Shown piece by piece: positions 26,872 through 37,800 of a DNA stretch of 64,000 nt. Numbering within the stretch: position 1 is the stretch's first letter; each line of letters opens with the position of its first letter. The DNA comes from Dehalococcoidia bacterium (lineage in GTDB: Bacteria > Chloroflexota > Dehalococcoidia > Lucifugimonadales > Australimonadaceae): the NCBI GenBank assembly GCA_965116305.1, contig OZ220673.1:469784-533783 (forward strand), read 5' to 3'. The notes below the pieces were generated by a model, which saw only the letters and a list, made by a program, of their open reading frames with translations, did not search any database and was not told the origin of the DNA. Made by a program: the position numbers and the translations under genes.

Positions 26872-27780
26872 TCACCCTGAAACGTGCTCAATGAACTCGC
26901 GCATCTTTGCGACGCACTCCTCAGGTCGTTCCAGTTGGAGGAGGTGTGTCGCTTCCGGCAGGAAGTCGTAGTCGACGCTCAGCATGTCGCTGAGGTCCAT
27001 CGTCGGCAGGTACGAGAAGGGGAGCGTCGGGTCCGCTCCGATCACCTTCGTCGGGCACTGAAGCGACCCGAGGTCCACCGACACGGCGAAGAGCCGGGCG
27101 TAGTCCATGATCTGGGCCTCGTACTCGGGAGGACACCGCAGCACGTAGCCATCCCCATCGGTCTCCTCGCGGAGCGTCGTCCTCGCCATCAGGTCGTGTG
27201 TTCCCGGGACGACACGTGTGAAGACCGGCGACATCTGCAGGAGCTCGGCGAAGTCTCCAAGGCTGCGGAACCGGCGCGAGCGGCGGCGGGCTGACGCCGA
27301 CGCGCGTTTGACCGCTGCGTCGAACGCCTCGTAGCTCTCACCCGGCTTGCACAGCGGAGGGTCGAACAGGACGAGGGCCGAGAACCCGCTGCCTTCGGTG
27401 GGCGACAACAGCGGCGCAAGGGACGAGAACGAATGAAACACCCCTATCTTCGGTTTCTCCCCCAGAAGGCGGTCGATCGCATCCATGACGAGGTCGTGGT
27501 CGTCGATCAGCGTGGGGATGGTGTGCTCCTCAAGGTCCGTTACGGCGTTCCAGCCATGGTTCCTCAGGTCGTAGACCACGACGTCGAAGTCGCCGGTAAG
27601 CAGCGACCAGAAGGGATAGTAGAGATCGATGGCGAGGCTGTTGCCGTGGCTCAGCACCAGCCGGGGGCCGTCGGGGTTGCCGTGCCGCCGCAGGAAGATG
27701 CGTGTCCCATCGGCCATCTCAATCTCGTGGACAGAGACAGGCTCCGGGATCTTCCAGTCAGGTTGCGGGTTATCGGCCAA
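26872..27780 (-). CDS. Alpha/beta-fold hydrolase (candidate release or thioesterase enzyme of the PKS locus)
   Basis: 302-aa ORF with a TTG start. LVLSHGNSLAIDLY, a nucleophile-elbow-like GVFHSFSS and the C-terminal EATHLLQLERPEE motif. It starts 3 nt after the PPTase stop. Confidence 0.75.
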   Translation of the reverse strand: MADNPQPDWKIPEPVSVHEIEMADGTRIFLRRHGNPDGPRLVLSHGNSLAIDLYYPFWSLLTGDFDVVVYDLRNHGWNAVTDLEEHTIPTLIDDHDLVMDAIDRLLGEKPKIGVFHSFSSLAPLLSPTEGSGFSALVLFDPPLCKPGESYEAFDAAVKRASASARRRSRRFRSLGDFAELLQMSPVFTRVVPGTHDLMARTTLREETDGDGYVLRCPPEYEAQIMDYARLFAVSVDLGSLQCPTKVIGADPTLPFSYLPTMDLSDMLSVDYDFLPEATHLLQLERPEECVAKMREFIEHVSG

Positions 27781-27782
27781 AT

Positions 27783-28520
27783 CTACGGGCTCTCCAACTC
27801 ATGGGCGAGGGCGGCGGCGAACCGCTCGTCCCCGATGTCCTCCAGCCTCCAGGCGACAGACGGCAGGTGCGGAAAGCTGAATACGCCCGCCATGCCGCCC
27901 CTGCGCATCGCGGGAGGCGTCTGGAACCCGGAGGGATCAGTGGAGAACCCGGTGCCCAGCGCCTTGATCAGCGCCTCCTTCAGCGTCCACAGGCGGTAGA
28001 ACAGGTGCAGTTTAGCGGGTTCTCGAAGAGCGGCAAGTTCCCTCTGCTCCTCCGGCCCCATCACCGCTTCTATCAGTTCGTCCAGGTGGCGTCTCCGGAT
28101 GCGCTCTTCGACGTCTACCCCCAACCGTCCCGTCACCGACAGGGCGATCAGGCCGTGGCTGCCGCTGTGACTGACGTTGAAGTTGAGCGGAAGACGCGCT
28201 CCTCCCGCTATCGCGAACGGCTTCCCGTGGCTGGATGCGCCGAACGAAAGCTGGTCGTTCAGGCAGCCGAACTGCTCGCAGAGGATGGCGCGCAACGCGG
28301 CGCGGCAGAGGGTGAACTGGCGGCGCGGCTGGGGCAGGTACTTCTCCCACGCGCCCCGCTCTGCCTCGTCCAGCCACCCGAACGCCTCCGCCTCGCGGGC
28401 CGGATCGGGGCTCAGGACAACGTGCACGACCTGTACGCCGACCCTGGTCGCGAACGGACTCCACCAGGGGCCCGGAACAGGCGAAAGGCTCTCGGGAGGA
28501 GTCTGGGCAACCATCATCAT
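27783..28520 (-). CDS. 4'-phosphopantetheinyl transferase (Sfp type)
   Basis: FNVSHSGSHGLIALS, GVDVEE and WTLKEALIKALGTGF. Confidence 0.88.
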   Translation of the reverse strand: MMMVAQTPPESLSPVPGPWWSPFATRVGVQVVHVVLSPDPAREAEAFGWLDEAERGAWEKYLPQPRRQFTLCRAALRAILCEQFGCLNDQLSFGASSHGKPFAIAGGARLPLNFNVSHSGSHGLIALSVTGRLGVDVEERIRRRHLDELIEAVMGPEEQRELAALREPAKLHLFYRLWTLKEALIKALGTGFSTDPSGFQTPPAMRRGGMAGVFSFPHLPSVAWRLEDIGDERFAAALAHELESP

Positions 28521-28568
28521 GCCCGCGTCTCCCCTGAGAGCCTCTGCTTACTGCTGGATCGCAGGGGG

Positions 28569-28811
28569 CTAGCCGCGGGAGTCCAGGTGCGCTACCAGGT
28601 CTCCCAGGCTCTGGAACTTGACGCAGTCTTCGGGGCTGAAGGTGAGGTTGAACTCTTCCGCGACCACCTTGGTGAAGGCGACGAAGTCTGCCGAGGGGAC
28701 GCCGGCGTCCCGCAGGCTCGAGTTCAGGTCGAGTTCCCGGCCCAGCGGCCGCCCTTCAATCTCCAGGTTCTCGTCGACCAGCTTCCTGATGCGTTCTTCG
28801 GTGGTGGCCAT
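28569..28811 (-). CDS. Free-standing acyl/peptidyl carrier protein (non-canonical Ser context)
   Basis: 80-aa four-helix-type sequence. The candidate phosphopantetheine site is DAGVPSADFVAF, where DLGLDSL is usual. It lies directly downstream of the PKS. Confidence 0.7.
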   Translation of the reverse strand: MATTEERIRKLVDENLEIEGRPLGRELDLNSSLRDAGVPSADFVAFTKVVAEEFNLTFSPEDCVKFQSLGDLVAHLDSRG

Positions 28812-28898
28812 TAGGTAACTCCTCTTCTGTGTGTAGGGGGATGCGCCCCGTGTTCAGACACCCTAGCAAGGGGTATATGGAGTGTCAATCTGCATCGC

Positions 28899-31800
28899 TC
28901 AGCACCCGCCCGAGCCCGGTATCAGCCGCTCGAGCGGTTCGATCCAGTGGCGGCGGCGCTGGAACGGGTAGCCGGGCAGAGCGACCCGCCGCCGGGACTC
29001 TCCTGCGAACAACCCCGGGAACGAGAGCGGGAGCCCGGCCTCGTATGCTCCGGCAACCGCCTCTACGAAACCGTCGTTCAGGCTCAACTCGACTACGAGA
29101 TCGGCCCCCGGCTCTCCAGTAAGGCTGCTCACCACGGGTATCGACGGCGAGGCAAGCGCGATGCCGTCGACGGCTGCTTCCAGGCTGTTCGGCGCGCCGG
29201 ACGCCATCGACTCGCCGCGCGTTACCGCGACGCGAAGGCCGTCCTCGAGGCTGAACACGCCCGCCGTCTGTGATGCGGCGAGTTCGCCGGGGCCGTGCCC
29301 CACAACCACGTCTGGACGTACCCCGACGCTCGACCAGAGCGCCGTCAACGCGCACTCCAGCGCATAGACCGCGGGCTGCGTCCAGGCAGGGTCGTCGAGG
29401 TCGCCCGCCGCGCCGGGACGACCGAACATCACGTCCAGCAACGAGGCGCCGCGGGCTTCCCGCAGGGTCGCGTCGCACCGGTCCAGCACCGCGCGGAAGG
29501 CCGGCTCGCTCTCGTACAACGCCTCGGCCATTCCCATCCGCTGGCTGCCTTCACCGGTGTAGACGAACGCCACCCTGGACGCGGCTCGCGGCTCCTGCTC
29601 TTCGGGCGTCTCGCCGCGTTCCGCAACCGCCCACAACCCCTCGCGCAGCGACGCGGCATCGCGGAAGACCACCCCCGCGCGGTATGGGAAGTGGCTGCGG
29701 CCGACGCTCGCCGTCCAGGCCATGTCGGACAGCGTTGCATCGCTGGCGGCGCTGCCAGGCGGGAACTGCTCGGGGTGCTCGTCGAGCCAGGCGATGTAGC
29801 GCTCCGCCAGCTCCCGCAGGGCGCGGTCTGTCTTTCCTGACAGGGGCAGCAGGCGTGTCTCTCGGCCGGCGGTTGCTCCGTCGAGGGCAGGCCCCTGCGC
29901 GGGGATGGCAACCGGCATCGAAGGCCCGGCAGGCCTGCCGTTCTCTCCGTTGGCGCTCGCAGGTTCGCCGTAGCCCTCCACGATGACGTGCGAGTTCGTG
30001 CCCGACATCCCGAATGCGCTCACCCCCGCACGTGGCGGACGGTCGGGAACGGATGGCCAGTCGGTCGTGCCTGTGGTCACCTGCACGGGGAGTTGTTCCC
30101 AGTCCACGTTGGGGTTCGGGTTGTCGAGGTGCAGGTGTTTCGGGATCACGCCGTGTTCCATCGCGAGCACGGCCTTGATGAGGGCGGCTATCCCCGCAGC
30201 GGACTCCAGGTGGCCGATGTTCGTTTTCACCGACCCGACGAGGAGCGGACGGTCTGCCTCGCGTCCCCTGCCGTACACCGCCGCCGCGGCGCGCACCTCG
30301 ATGGGGTCGCCCAGGTTCGACCCGACCCCGTGCGCTTCCAGGTAGTCCACCTCCGACGGTTCGACGCCGGCGCGGGCAAGCGCTTCCTCGATCACACGCT
30401 CCTGCGCGGGCCCTTTCGGGACGGTCAGCCCCATGCTCGCGCCGTTCTGGTTGACCGCCGAGCCGCGGATGACCCCCCATATCCGATCGCCGTCGGCCTC
30501 CGCGTCGCTCAGTCGCTTCAGTACCACGATGCCGCAGCCCTCGCCCCGCACGTAGCCGTCCGCGTCCGCGTCGAACGTTCTGCATTCGCCGTTCGCCGAC
30601 AGCATGCCGAGGTCATCCATGAACCTCGTGACCTGGGTGGACAGCACCGCGTTGACGCCGCCGGCAAGCGCGAGGTCCACCTCGCCGTGCTGCAGGCCGG
30701 CAACCGCCTGGTGCACGGCGGCCAGCGACGAGGCGCATGCCATGTCCATCGGCATCGCGGGCCCCTCCAGGCCGAGCGCAAACGCAACCCGCCCCACCGT
30801 CACGCTGCCGGTTGTGCCCAGGTAGCTGTTGGATCTGCCGCTGGTCTGGATGAGGTCCCGGTACTCGCTGCCGCCCACTCCCGCGTAGACCCCTGTGCGG
30901 CTGCCTCGCAACCGGTCGGGGTCTATGCCCGCGTCCTCGAGCGCCTGCCAGCTCGTCTCCAGCATCATCCGCTGCTGCGGGTCCATCATCCGCGCTTCGA
31001 TCGGTGCGATGCGGAAGAACCGGGAATCGAACAGGTCGATGTCCTTCACGAACGCGCCCCGCAGGAAGGTGTTCTCTTTCGCCGCCGGGTCGCCGACCGC
31101 GCCATACCAGTCGCCGGAGCCCTCTCGGCCGTCTGCGATCGCGCTCTCGCCCGCTATCAGCTGGCGCCAGAAGTCGGAGACGTCCTCCGCGCCGGGGAAC
31201 CGGCACGCCATCCCGACGATGGCGATGCCATCCTGTACGCCGGAGCGTGTCTGCGCTTCCGGCGCACGCCGCTCCGGGAGCGCCGCTTCTGTGGGCTCCC
31301 CGAGCTCTCCCGCCAGGTGACGGGCGAGCGCCGTGACGCTCGGGTAGTCGAACACCACGGTGTTCGGAGCCACGTATTCTCCGGCGAACGCGCGGTTCAC
31401 GCGGTTGCGCAGCTCCACCGCCATCAGCGAGTCCATCCCCAACTCGGAGAACTCCACCGACGCGGTCGGCGGCGTCTGCAGGCGCATCACCGCCTGCAAC
31501 TCCCGCTGCAGGAACGACGACAGCATCTGCTCGCGCTCCTCCAGCGACGCGTCCCACAGGCCGGAAAGGACGTCGCCCGGCGAGGCCGCTGCCTCCGCGG
31601 CTCTGTCCTCGGTCGTTGTCAGCAGGTCCTCCAGCAGCGACGGACGTTCTTCGTGGTTCTTCGCGAACGTCGGCCAGTCCACCGCCGCCACCATCCCGGC
31701 GCTCATATCCTGCCGAAGCATCAGGTCGAACGCCTTCAGTCCCTGCTCCGGCGTGATCCAACCCGTTCCCGCTGCTTCCAGCTGCCTCGCGATGCGCTCC

Positions 31801-34800
31801 CGCTGCTCCTCTGCCTCGCCGAGTCCCGACCACGCGCCCCACGCGATGGTCTGGGCGGGGAGCCCCTGCGCGCGCCGGTGACCGGCGAGCTGGTCGAGGA
31901 ACGCGTTGGCTGCGGCGTGGTTCGCCTGGCCGGGATTGCCGAGAACGCCCGCCACACTCGAGAACAGGACGAACATATCCAGGTCCCGGCCGACGGTTGC
32001 GCGGTGCAGGCGCCAGGCGCCCAGCACCTTCGGCCACAGCACCTCCTCGAACCGCTCCCAGCTCTGGTTCGTCAGCGCCGCGTCGGACAGCACGCCCACG
32101 CTGTGGATGACGCCCGCCAGCGGCGGCAGCGTCGCGTCGATGCGCTCCAGCATCCGGTCCACCGCGCCGGCGTCGGTGACGTCCGCGATCTCCACCTGCA
32201 CGGTGACGCCGCGTCTCTGCAACGCGTCGATCGCCTCGGCAACCTCGGGGTCCGGGGGGCGGCGTCCGTTCAGCACGATCGCGCCCGCGCCCCGCTCCGC
32301 GAGCCACTCCGCCAGCGCGCACCCGATGCCACCGAGTCCGCCGGTCACGAGGTACGTCCTGTCCTCGCGCAGCCGCCCGCTCTCCAGGGGCGACGTCGTA
32401 AACACGATCTTTCCGATGTGCCGCGCCGCCCGCATGAACTTCATCCCCGGTCCGGCTTCGGTCATCGACCATTGGCTGTGGACGAGGGGCCTCACCTCTC
32501 CCGCCTCCAGCTGTTGCATGACGCGCCGCAGGGCGTCTCCGGGCGTCTTGGGGTCGTGCTCTTTCAGCACGTCCAGCATCAGGATGGCGTAGGAGACGTC
32601 CGGCCGCACCGACGCCATCTCTTCCTCGGTCAGGATGTCCAGCCGGGCCAGTTCGATGAACCGCCCCCCCTGTGCGAGGCACGACAGGCTCGCGTCGATG
32701 AAACCCTCGCCCGTCAGGCTGTTCACCACCACGTGAACGCCTTCGCCGCCCGTGGCGTCGAGTATCTCCTGCCCGAACTTCGTCGAGCGGCTGTCGAACA
32801 CGTGCCGCACGCCCAGCGAGCGGAGGTACGCCTGCTTCGGCGCGCTCGCCGTCGCGAACACCTCCGCTCCCGCGGCCTGCGCCAGTTGGATGGCGGCCAG
32901 TCCCACGCCTCCCGCACCGGAGTGGATGAGCACGCGGTCGCCGGGGTTTAGTCCCGAAAGATCGAACGAGAGCGCCGCCGAAACGAACGCGGTCGGGATC
33001 GTCGCAAGTTCTGTTGCGGAGAAGCCTGACGGAACGGGCGACACCATCTCCTCTCGCGTGATCGCCTCCGACCCGAACGTCCCGAACGCCAGCCCCACGA
33101 TGCGCTCGCCCACCGAGACGCTGGTCACGTCGGCGCCCACTTCGAGCACGCGGCCGCAGAACTCGCCGCCCAGCAACCCCTCGTCGATGAGGCCGAGCGC
33201 GCGGAACAGGTCCCAGAAGTTGAGTCCCGCAGCCTCGACCGCCACGCGGACGTCTCGTGGTTCCAGCGGTCGGGCAGGGTAGGGCCCGATCTGCAACCCT
33301 TCGAGCGCGCCGCCCGCATCCGGCTCCAGCAGCCAGGCCGAGTCTTCCGTCAGCGTCAGCCGCTCGGTTGCGCTGCCTGCTCGGACGAGCCGGGCCGCCT
33401 GGCGGTACCCGAGACGGTAGGCGACGTGTGTCTCCGCGTCCGGGTACAGCAGCTCGTTGACGAGGTCGGACAGCGGGGCCTGCGCTCGGGGATCGAGGTC
33501 GATCATCCTCGGCTGCAGGTGCACCGCCTCCCGCGCCACGACCTTTCCGAAGCCCCACAGCGTCGCACCGGCGATCTCCCCACCCTGCTCCTTCTCCAGC
33601 ACCTGCCCGCCGCGCGTCAGCAGCCAGAACCCTTTCGCGGGGGTCACGTCCGCGTCCGTCACGCCCTGCGCGAGTGCCAGCGCGCTCGCTGCCGCATGTC
33701 TTACGTCCTGTGCGAATTCCTCTGCCGTGGCATCCTGGCCGTGCCCGTCCAGCGCCAGCAGATGCACGACGCCGTTGAGCGGCACGTCTGCGGGCAGCCC
33801 TTCCAGCAGCGACCGCCACGACTCCCGACTCTCCGGCTCCACCTCCGCGCCCGCCGGCACCACCGTCTGGTTGCGTGCCTCGAGTGCCGCTGCCAGTTCT
33901 TCCGCCACACCGCGGCTGTCGCCCGCGAGGACCCAGACCCCTGCCGGTTCCATCACCTCCGCCGGGCCCTGCGCCATGATGACGCCCCTGTCCGGCTCCG
34001 CCGACGCTGACGCCTCCACCCCGAGCACCTCCGCCTCCACGAAGCCCGCGTCGCCGAGCGCCTGCCGCCACACCGCGGGGCTGGCGAGCGCGTGGTGCGG
34101 ACGGTACGAGTCCGCGAACCGCCACCAGCCGTCCAGCTGTCCGAACGTCAGGTCGAGCCAGCCCTGGCCGCGAAGGTTCTCGAGCGCCAGCAGCTGCCCC
34201 GATGGGGCGAGCAGGTCGCGGCAGTGTCCGAGCGTCTCCTCCAGGTAGCGGGTCGCATGCAGTACGTTCGACGCGATGACGAGGTCGTAGCCGTGCGAGT
34301 CGTACCCCTGCGCGATGGGGTTCTTCTCGATATCCAGCACCCGGTACTCGATCGACGCTTCACTGCCGCCGAAGCGCCCCTCCGCCTCCGCGAAGAAGCC
34401 CGCCGATATGTCCGTGTAGACATAGTCGAAACGGCCCGCCGGCAATTCAGGCAGCACCAGCTCCGTCGCCGACCCCGTGCCGGCGCCGACCTCCAGCACG
34501 CGCAATCGCCGTCCCTCCGGGAACGATTCCAGCAGCGCCGCGACGGCGTCCCCCAGCATCCGGTTCGCCGCCTTCGCCACCGGTGCACGCATGTACAGGT
34601 CGGCTGCGGTCGGCTCTCCGCTGCTGAACAGCAGCGTCAGCGGGTCTGCGCGCCCGACGAGCACGTCTGCAAGCGCATTGGCGGACCGGCGGAACAGCCC
34701 GACTTCGACCGAGCCGTGCGCGTAGCGCGACGCCATCTCGTCCGCGAACGCCTCCGGGTCGTTCGGCACCGCTTCCGGCAGCGGGTCGCCGGGACCGACC

Positions 34801-37800
34801 AGTACGACGAAGCCGTCGCCCTGCGCCTCCACGATACCGGCCCTTGCCTGCAACTCGAACAGCCGCCGGAACAGGCGCGTGTGCTCCGCCGATACGCCGA
34901 ACCGCTCCCGCAGCGGTTCGGGCTCGACCGTTTCGCCGACCTTTCGCTCCCAGCCCAACTGCTCGAGCGCCGCGAGTGCGTACCGCCACGACAACCGTTC
35001 GAGGTCGGTCAGCAGCGCCGTCCTCTCATCGGCTCCGACACCCTCCGCAACGAGGTACTGCGAGAACGGCTTGGAACCCGCCGCGATGGTGGACGGCCCC
35101 GGAAGGAAGTCCGCGGACGGCATCCCCTCCGGAAGGGGCTTGTCGCGCCAGATGACCTCGTAGAGGAGGTCGTTCACGCCCTCGGTCCCGGAGAGCACGG
35201 CTGCTCGCGTCGCCCGCTTCACCGTGTACCCGCTCAACCCGCCGAGTTCGACGCCCTCCGGGGAGTAGAACTGCAGGTCTCCCGCGAACACCTCCCGCGA
35301 TCCGGCGGCTGCGCTCTCCTCGTCGGAGTCACGGGCGCTCTCCCGCATACGCGCGTGGCAGATCACCCGCTCCGGCAACTGCCCCGCCAGCCGGAGCGAT
35401 TCCCAGCCGAAGGGCAGGTAGGTCGCCCCGTCCTCGAGCCCCGCCCGGTTCCGAGCCGCAGCCATCACCTGGAAGCAGCCGTCCAGCAGGACCGGGTGCA
35501 CGGGCAGTCCCGTGCCGTCCAGTGCTTCCGGCAGGACGATCTCGCCGACCGCCTCGCCTTCCCCGCACCAGAGCCCCTGGAGCGTGCGGAACAGCGGGCC
35601 GAGGTTGATGTTCGTTTCGGCGCGCGCCCGGTAGAACGCCGCGATGTCCTCTTTCGACATGCCGGCCTTGAGCGCATCCGTATCGACCCGCTCGCGGGAC
35701 TGCCGTTCCGACCCGGACGACACCTGTCCCTGCGCGTGCAGCGTCCACCCTTCTTCCCCGTCCCCCCGGCTGAATATCTCGAACCTGCGCGGCGACGTAC
35801 CATCCGGGGCGTCGAGCACCATCTGGACGCTCCGGCCTTCCTGCGCGGCGCCTTGTTCGCCGTCCTGTTCGGGCAGGACCAGCGGAGTGACCAGTTGCAT
35901 CTCCTCCACGACCACTGACCCTTGTGCGCTCGCCAGAGCTGATGCCGCCATCGCCCCGTACAGCGCGCCCGGCGCGATCACCCGTCCGAACACCCGGTGA
36001 TCGTCCAGCCATGCCGGGTCGGTCGGGAGTGTCTCCGTCTCGAACAGCATCTCGCCGCGAGGCGACTCGTGCCGGGTTCCCAGCAGCGGATGCCCCGCGG
36101 CCGCTCGCCGTCGACGTCTCGCCTCGTCGACCCAGTGCGACTGGCGCTGGAACGGGTAGCCGGGTAGCGCGACCCGACGCCGCGACTCTCCCGTGAACAG
36201 CCCCGCCAACGAGAACGGGATGCCCGCCTCGTACGCTGCCCCGACCCCCTCAACGAACCCGCCGGTCGAGTCGAGGACAGGCTCTGCCGGGTCGCGCGGC
36301 GGTCGGTGGAGGCTCGACAGCACCGCCGGGGCGGCGCTCGACTCCGGCCAGGCGAGGCTCGCCATCGGTCCCAGCACCGCGTGCGGCCCCAGCTCCACCA
36401 CAGCGTCCACGCCCATCTCTGCCAGCGTCTCGACGCATCCCCGGAACGCCACCGGCTGCCGCGCGTGCCGCCGCCAGTACGCCGGGTCCTGCACCGCGCC
36501 CTGCTCGATGGGTTGGCCGGTGACGTTGCTCACCAGCGGGATGGTGGGCGACACGACCGCGATGCCGCTGATCACAGCCGCGAGGTCGTCCAGCGCCGGC
36601 TCTACGAGCACGCTGTGGTAACCGGGGCTGCTCCGCAGACGGTTCACCCGAAGCCCTTCCGCCTCGAACCGTTGCACGATCTGCTCGACCTCCCCCGCCT
36701 CGCCGCTCACCACCTGGTGCGCTCCGTTGTCCGCCGCAACGCTCAGCCCCAGCCCGTCGGACGCCGCGTTCCACTCCGCCAGCGCCACAACCACTTGCGG
36801 AGCTGGCGCGAACACCGCCGCCATCGCTCCCGCCACCGGCAGCGACGCCATCAGCTCGCCGCGCGTCGACGCGAACCGCAGCCCGTCCTCGAGGCTGAAC
36901 ACGCCCGCCGTCTGCGACGCCGCGATCTCTCCCAGACTGTGCCCCATCACCACGTCCGGACGCACGCCCAGGCTCGACCACAGCGCCGTCAACCCGCACT
37001 GGAGCGCGTAGGTCGCGGGCTGCGTCCACGCGGGGTCGTCCAGATCGCCCGCCGCGCCCGGACGGCCGAACATCACGTCCAGCAGCGATGCCCCGCGATG
37101 CTCCTGCACCCATCGCTCGCACCGGTCCAGCACCGCGCGGAACACCGGCTCGCTCTCGTACAGCGCCTGTCCCATCCCGACCCACTGGCTGCCCTGGCCG
37201 GTGTAGACGAACGCCACCTTGGACGCGGCTCGCGGCTCCGGCCCGTCGGGCGTGTCGTCGCCTTCCGCGACCTCCCGCAGCCGTTCGCGCAGCGATGCGA
37301 CGTCTTGGAAGACAACGCCCGCGCGGTGCGGGAAGTGGCTCCGCCCGACGCTCGCCGTCCACGTCATGTCGGACAGCGCTTCGTCGCTCGCGGTGCTGCC
37401 GGGCGGGAACTGCCCGGGATGCTCGTCGAGCCACGCGATGTACCGCTCCGCGTGCTCCCGCAGCGCCTGCCGAGACTTGCCCGACAGCGGCAGCAGCCGC
37501 GTCCCGCGCGCCGCCGACTCCGGCTCCTCTGGTCCCTTCCCCCTCGATGGGGGAAGGTCAGGATGGGGGTGACCCGGCTCCGGCATCCGAATGGCGACAG
37601 CCATCGAAGGCCCCGCGGGCAGGCCGTTCCCCGAGTCGGCGGCGATGGGCTCGCCGTAGCCCTCCACGATGACGTGCGCGTTCGTGCCGGACCACCCGAA
37701 GCCGCTGATGCCTGCGCGCGGCGGCCGGTCGGGAACGACCGGCCACTCCATCGTCTCTGACGCCACCCGCACGGTCAGTCGCTCCCACTCGATCTCCGGG

